DNA of 64,000 bases from Malacoraja senta (Eukaryota): the NCBI GenBank assembly GCA_038087875.1, contig CM075992.1, forward strand, positions 436,001-500,000. Direction: 5' to 3'. A program made the translations under genes and the position numbers. Position 1 is the first letter of the stretch, and each line of letters opens with the position of its first letter. The notes under the pieces were generated by a model. That model saw nothing but the letters and a program-made list of their open reading frames with translations. It was not told the DNA's origin and ran no database searches. Of this stretch, positions 59,501 through 64,000 are shown piece by piece.

Positions 59501-62155
59501 ATATGCTTCCCTGATGACCACTACCTTGACATGAGCACCCTGGAGAACTGTTGGGTTACTGGATGGCAGATGTTAAGTCTCGGTAATTATTGTGACGTTT
59601 CTTTCAATATTGTGTGCGTTCGTTTCCCTCCGATGAACCCCATGTACTGTACACCTTGAGTTTAGCCCCCACCCCCTCACACCAACCTCCCCTCTCCCAT
59701 CAGGCCAAAGGTATAAAAGTGAGAAAATGCACACCTCCAGATTCAGGGACAGTTTCTTCCCAGCTGTTATCAGGCAACTGAACCATCCTACCACAACTAG
59801 AGAGCAGTCCTGAACTACTATCTACCTCATTGGTGACCCTCGGACTATCCTTGATCAGACTTTGCTGACATAACCCTGCACTGAACGTTATTCCCTTATC
59901 ATGTATCTATACACTGTGAATGGCTCGATTATCTTTCCGCTGACTGGATTGCATGCAACAAAAGATTTTCACCGCACCCCAGTACACGTGACAATAAACT
60001 GTAGGACCTCTCAGAAGATAAAGGGGAAAACTTTGCTGGTTTACAGTAAAACAAGAGTGCTCTTCTTCCCCTGATAACTTGAAGACAACCCAGACTGTGA
60101 CGTCTGCACCCTCTCCAATACCTCCACTTCCTTCTTGTAATGGGAAGATGAGAACTGCACGCAATACTCTAAATGCAGTCTGACCAAACTGCTGTAAAAC
60201 TAACACACGACTTGCTGATTCTTGTACTCTTTGCCTCGGCCGAGGAAGGCAGGCATACCATATGCATTCTTCACCACTCTGCCTACTTGTGTTGCCACTA
60301 TCAAGGGGTTATGGACGAGGACCCCAAGATCCCACTCTATATCAGTGCTGTTCATGGTCTTGCCATTAACTCTACACTTTCCCCTTCCGCTTGTCCAAAG
60401 TGCAACACCTTTTGATGCTATTTGCTTTGTCTGTGTAGCTGGAAGTCCCATCTCTCCCATCTACCAGACTGTGAAACAGACTGTCAGCCATGAGAAGCTG
60501 GAGGTCTGTGAGAAGTTCTACCCTGAAAACCTGAGGGAAAGTGTGATTTGTGTGACCAACTTGGACAAGCAGCAGTCTCTCTGCATGGTAATGTACTTCA
60601 ATGCAATCCATTCCATCAAACAAGGTCAAAAGTTAGTGGTGCAGCGGTAGAGTTGCTGCCTTACAGCGTCAGAGACCCATGTTCGAAATCTGACTACGGG
60701 CGCTGTCTGTACGGAGTTTGTACGTTCTCCCCGTGACCTGCGTGGGTTTTCTCCCACACTCCAAAGACGTACAGGTTTGTAGGTTAATTGGCTTTGGTAA
60801 AAAATTGTGAATTGTCCCTAGTTCCTCCCCTGTGGGGCAGAGAGAGGTCAGAACCACTCCTCGCCCCAACCTCCCCTCTCCCCTCAGAACCACTCGCTTG
60901 CTGTATCCCCCCGCGTACCCTGTACCCATGTGTTAGTGAGCGGCAATCGCTGGTCGGCACGGACTCAGTGGGCCGAAGCGCCTGTATCCCTAAACTAAAC
61001 TAACAGAGGCCACCTGCCCCACAGTTGTAGTTGAGGGGTTCTGCCACTGGAGGGAGCGTTGAGAACCTATCATGACACTACGTAGAATTGGCATCATTGA
61101 TTATCAATTTAGTGTCTCTAAAACAAAGTAAACGATTGTTGGAACCTGAAACGTCGCCTGTCTATTCCCTCCACATATGATGCCTGACCCGCTGGATTCC
61201 GCCAGCACTTTGTGTTTTGGCTCACCATTCCAGCCTCTGCAACTCATTCTTGTCTGTAATGGATATACTGAACAAGTCAGGCAGTATCCATGAAGACAAA
61301 CTGAGTTAACAGATATTGAGCATTATTATAGAATTATTCATGCATCCTACCTCACTGAAGAAGTTAGCCATACAGCATGGAAACCAGCCCTATTGGCCCA
61401 ACATCCATGCCCACCTAGATGCCCCTCTGTGCTAGTCTCGTTTGCCCACATTTGGACTATATACTTCCTAAATCTTTCTTATCCATGTACCTGTCCAAAT
61501 ACAGTTTTAAATGTTGGTAACATACCTGCCTTAACTAACTCCACCAGCAGCTCATTCCATATACCCACCTGTAATAAACTGTAAATGCACTGAATGGCTC
61601 GATTGTAATCATGTATTGTCTTTCCGCTGACTGGTTAGCACGCAACAAAAGCTAATCACTGTACTTTGGTACACATGACAGTAAACTTAACTGAACTGAT
61701 CCTGGTCTCTTTTTTCCCAGGGAGGTTATGGTGCCCCACTCGAGTGTCAGGACAAGAGGACTAAAATGTGGGTGGTGGCCGGGGCAGCAAGCCACTGCCC
61801 CCCGTCCTGTAACCACACGGCCCTCTTCACCAGCTACATCCACTATGTGGACTGGGTGGAACGTGTCACCATCTCGGCAGGGCGCCCCTTCATTCCCTAT
61901 GGACTTCCTCCCAAACCCACCCTGCCCTGCCACCAAATCCAGCACCCCAAACCCACCCTGCCCAGCCACAAACTCCAGCACCCAGTCGAATTGAACCCGC
62001 GGCAGAAGCCAAAGAGAAATCGAGAAGCCAGGAGTCAGTGGAGGGGTCGACACCACAAGGTCACTTTTGAGAGCAACTCATCGAATGCAGAGCGGAAGCC
62101 ATGGCAAGTCCTTAGTACAGCTGTGTGCCTCGTACAACTTGCACTGCTCACCTGA
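56467..62155 (+). CDS. Trypsin-family (S1) serine protease homolog, catalytically inactive, PRSS54/PRSS55-like, 5 exons, 362 aa, signal peptide and putative GPI signal
   Basis: Exons 56467-56524, 57595-57760, 59302-59582, 60439-60587 and 61721-62155 total 1089 nt in one open frame, all GT-AG. Motifs GEFPWQV, LCGG, TAHC, DNDIAL, PICF and CWVTGW are present; CMGGYGAP replaces CxGDSGGP. Confidence 0.9.
57595..57760 (+). CDS. Protease-like gene exon 2 (His57 region)
   Basis: CGVPTVRYKNNFAREIRIGEFPWQVHLQLKWKYLCGGDILSRWWVVTTAHCIFM; donor TA|GTAAGT. Confidence 0.92.
57848..58103 (+). repeat. Tandem array of four 64-66 bp PLE-derived units (A-B-A-B)
   Basis: Units start at 57848, 57914, 57978 and 58044. 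Confidence 0.9.
59302..59582 (+). CDS. Protease-like gene exon 3 (Asp102 region)
   Basis: ...VHKVILHE...DNDIALVMVKEPIVFNKLVSPICFP...ENCWVTGW. Confidence 0.93.
59700..60000 (+). mobile_element. Rex1/Babar-like LINE 3' end
   Basis: Encodes ...HTSRFRDSFFPAVIRQLN, followed by the shared 3' UTR. Confidence 0.7.
60439..60587 (+). CDS. Protease-like gene exon 4
   Basis: GSPISPIYQTVKQTVSHEKLEVCEKFYPENLRESVICVTNLDKQQSLCM; phases 1 and 0 fit the neighbouring exons. Confidence 0.88.
60633..61003 (+). mobile_element. tRNA-derived SINE (HE1/V-SINE-like) with internal insertion
   Basis: SINE consensus 5' and 3' parts. Confidence 0.8.
61721..62155 (+). CDS. Protease-like gene exon 5 (terminal)
   Basis: GGYGAPLECQDKRTKMWVVAG...YVDWVERVTISAGRPF...VLSTAVCLVQLALLT*. 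Confidence 0.92.
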   Translation, partial: GGYGAPLECQDKRTKMWVVAGAASHCPPSCNHTALFTSYIHYVDWVERVTISAGRPFIPYGLPPKPTLPCHQIQHPKPTLPSHKLQHPVELNPRQKPKRNREARSQWRGRHHKVTFESNSSNAERKPWQVLSTAVCLVQLALLT

Positions 62156-62737
62156 CGGTTGGCATTAAGCACAGGTTGTCGAACTGAGAATAATTATTGT
62201 GCAACGGACAATCCTATTACCTCGAGTTCAACAGGGCGTGATATTGAATTGATTTTGTTGATCCTGCTCTTTTGTGGGCTAGGATCAGATGGAAGGACTT
62301 GGGAGGCAGTCGGAACATTACGAAAAGCACGGTGGCTGCGGGAAAAGGAGCTGTTCTCAGAGCTGGCATCGACTCAATGGGCCGAATGGCGGCACCCTAT
62401 GTTGGAAAGAAAGAACAAGTTAATATAACATTTGCTATAACAGTTTGCAATTGGGATTTTTATTTTCCTTTATGTTCCCATCAGCACATCAAGATAATTT
62501 CTTGCACCAGTTCTTAATATAAAGATATTTTGCAGATCCAGGAAACTCAATGCCAAATGCATGGCTTTGTATTAATTATCCTGGGCAAGTAAGTCATGTG
62601 TGTGTTGTGGACAGCACTCGCGTGGTGCCTGTGGTGGGGCTATATCACTCGAGCTGACATTCTTACTCTACATGCCTATTAATGCATAAAAGCAAGATAA
62701 ATATATAATGTACAATAATTTATTTTTTTATATAGTA

Positions 62738-62936
62738 TTCTCTGCCTCAGAGGGCGGTGGAGGCCGGTTCTCTGGATACTTTCAAGAGAGAGCTAGATAG
62801 GCTCTTAAAGATAGCGGAGTTAGGGGATATGGGGAGAAGGCAGGAACGGGGTACTGATTGGGGATGATCAGCCATGATCACATTGAATGGCGGTGCTGGC
62901 TCGAAGGGCCGAATGGCTTACTCCTATTGTCTATTG
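62738..62936 (+). mobile_element. CR1 LINE 3' fragment
   Basis: Matches the CR1 3' end/UTR of 50520-50730. Confidence 0.85.
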
Positions 62937-63379
62937 CCTAAGCGACTTTGAGTCCTGAAAAGCGCTATATAAATAAAATCTATTATTATTATTATTAATA
63001 CATCAATAACAATAATACTAGGTAATAATAGTGCTAAACCCAAGTCTATAGTGCAACCAAAGACACTGTCCATAGAAGATCATAGTTGCTGAGGTTAGTG
63101 TTGTGTAGTGTTCAAGAGCCTAATGATTGTTGGGAAGAAGCTGTTCTTGAACCAGGAATGAGTAGGTTAACCTACGATGGTTTTGAAGCAATAACATTAT
63201 TGGGACATAAAAATGTAATTTGTGTCACAAGAGCAGTTTGAGTCTGAAGCAGGGTCTCGACCCGAAACGTCACCCATTCCTTCTCTCCAGAGATGCTGCC
63301 TGTCCCGCTGAGTTACTCCAGCATTTCGTGTCTATCTGCCCCTTATGGCAGCAACAGAAGCAGCTGAACGCCAGCGGGT

Positions 63380-63830
63380 GAAGCAAGGATGTCAGCTGTC
63401 AACGTTAAAGTAGCATCTGACCAATTCAGGCAGCAAGCAGTCTTGGTAGACTGGGGCAGAGGGGAAGGCATTTGAATGACTGGTGTCAGACTTTGTACAG
63501 TGGATGATGACTGACTGGTGGAGGTTGGTCTGGGTCCCAGCACACTGCTGCCCTTCCTCAGGATAGTCTGGACATAGCCATCTTCAGCTGTTTCATCAAC
63601 AACCTTCCTTTCTCCATAGAGTCAGAAGTAGTTACGTTGGCTTATGATATGATTCACCATTCCTCAGCAAATAAACCACTCTGTGCCTGCGTGCAGCAAG
63701 ACCCAGGCAACATTCTGGCTTGGACTGATTCACGTCACAAACGTGCCAGGCAGTAACCATCTCTAACAAGAGAGCATCTAATTACCTATCCCTGGCATGT
63801 TCATTGTCATACTGAGACACAAGGAACTGC
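63380..63830 (+). mobile_element. Old, decayed non-LTR retrotransposon RT fragment
   Basis: Degenerate GKAFEWL..., PQDSL.., IFSCFINNLP and QQDPGNILAW segments with stops and frameshifts. Confidence 0.55.
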
Positions 63831-64000
63831 AGATGCTGAACTCTTGAGCAGAACACAAAGTGCTGGAGAGACTCGGCATCAGGTGCTGTTTCAGGTCAGG
63901 ACCCTTCTTCATTGCCAGTTTCCTGACTGACAATATCCACATAGTCTCCACTGCCTGGGGCCACGTGTACACTATGACTAACAGAGGCAAAACATGCCAT

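Overview
Vertebrate genomic DNA, most likely from a cartilaginous fish (skate/ray-like; inferred from the HE1/V-SINE, CR1 and Penelope repeat landscape). Three spliced + strand genes were reconstructed by hand. (1) PET100: 4 exons, 1726-7142, 81 aa. (2) STXBP2/Munc18-2: 19 exons, 15831-50907, 591 aa, with a GC-AG intron 4. (3) A 5-exon trypsin-fold pseudoprotease: 56467-62155, 362 aa, with signal peptide, catalytic Ser replaced by Tyr and a putative GPI tail; it resembles PRSS54/55. Introns and intergenic DNA are packed with tRNA-derived SINEs, CR1 and Rex1/Babar LINE pieces, including a near-intact CR1 ORF2 in the last STXBP2 intron. The most notable signal is a very abundant family of short, often fold-back elements that carry a minimal type I hammerhead ribozyme core (CUGAAGA-stem II-GAAACGUC). 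These elements have 10-15 bp target-site duplications, and decayed Penelope RT and GIY-YIG fragments lie in the same window. Most ORFs in the supplied track are spurious or TE-derived.
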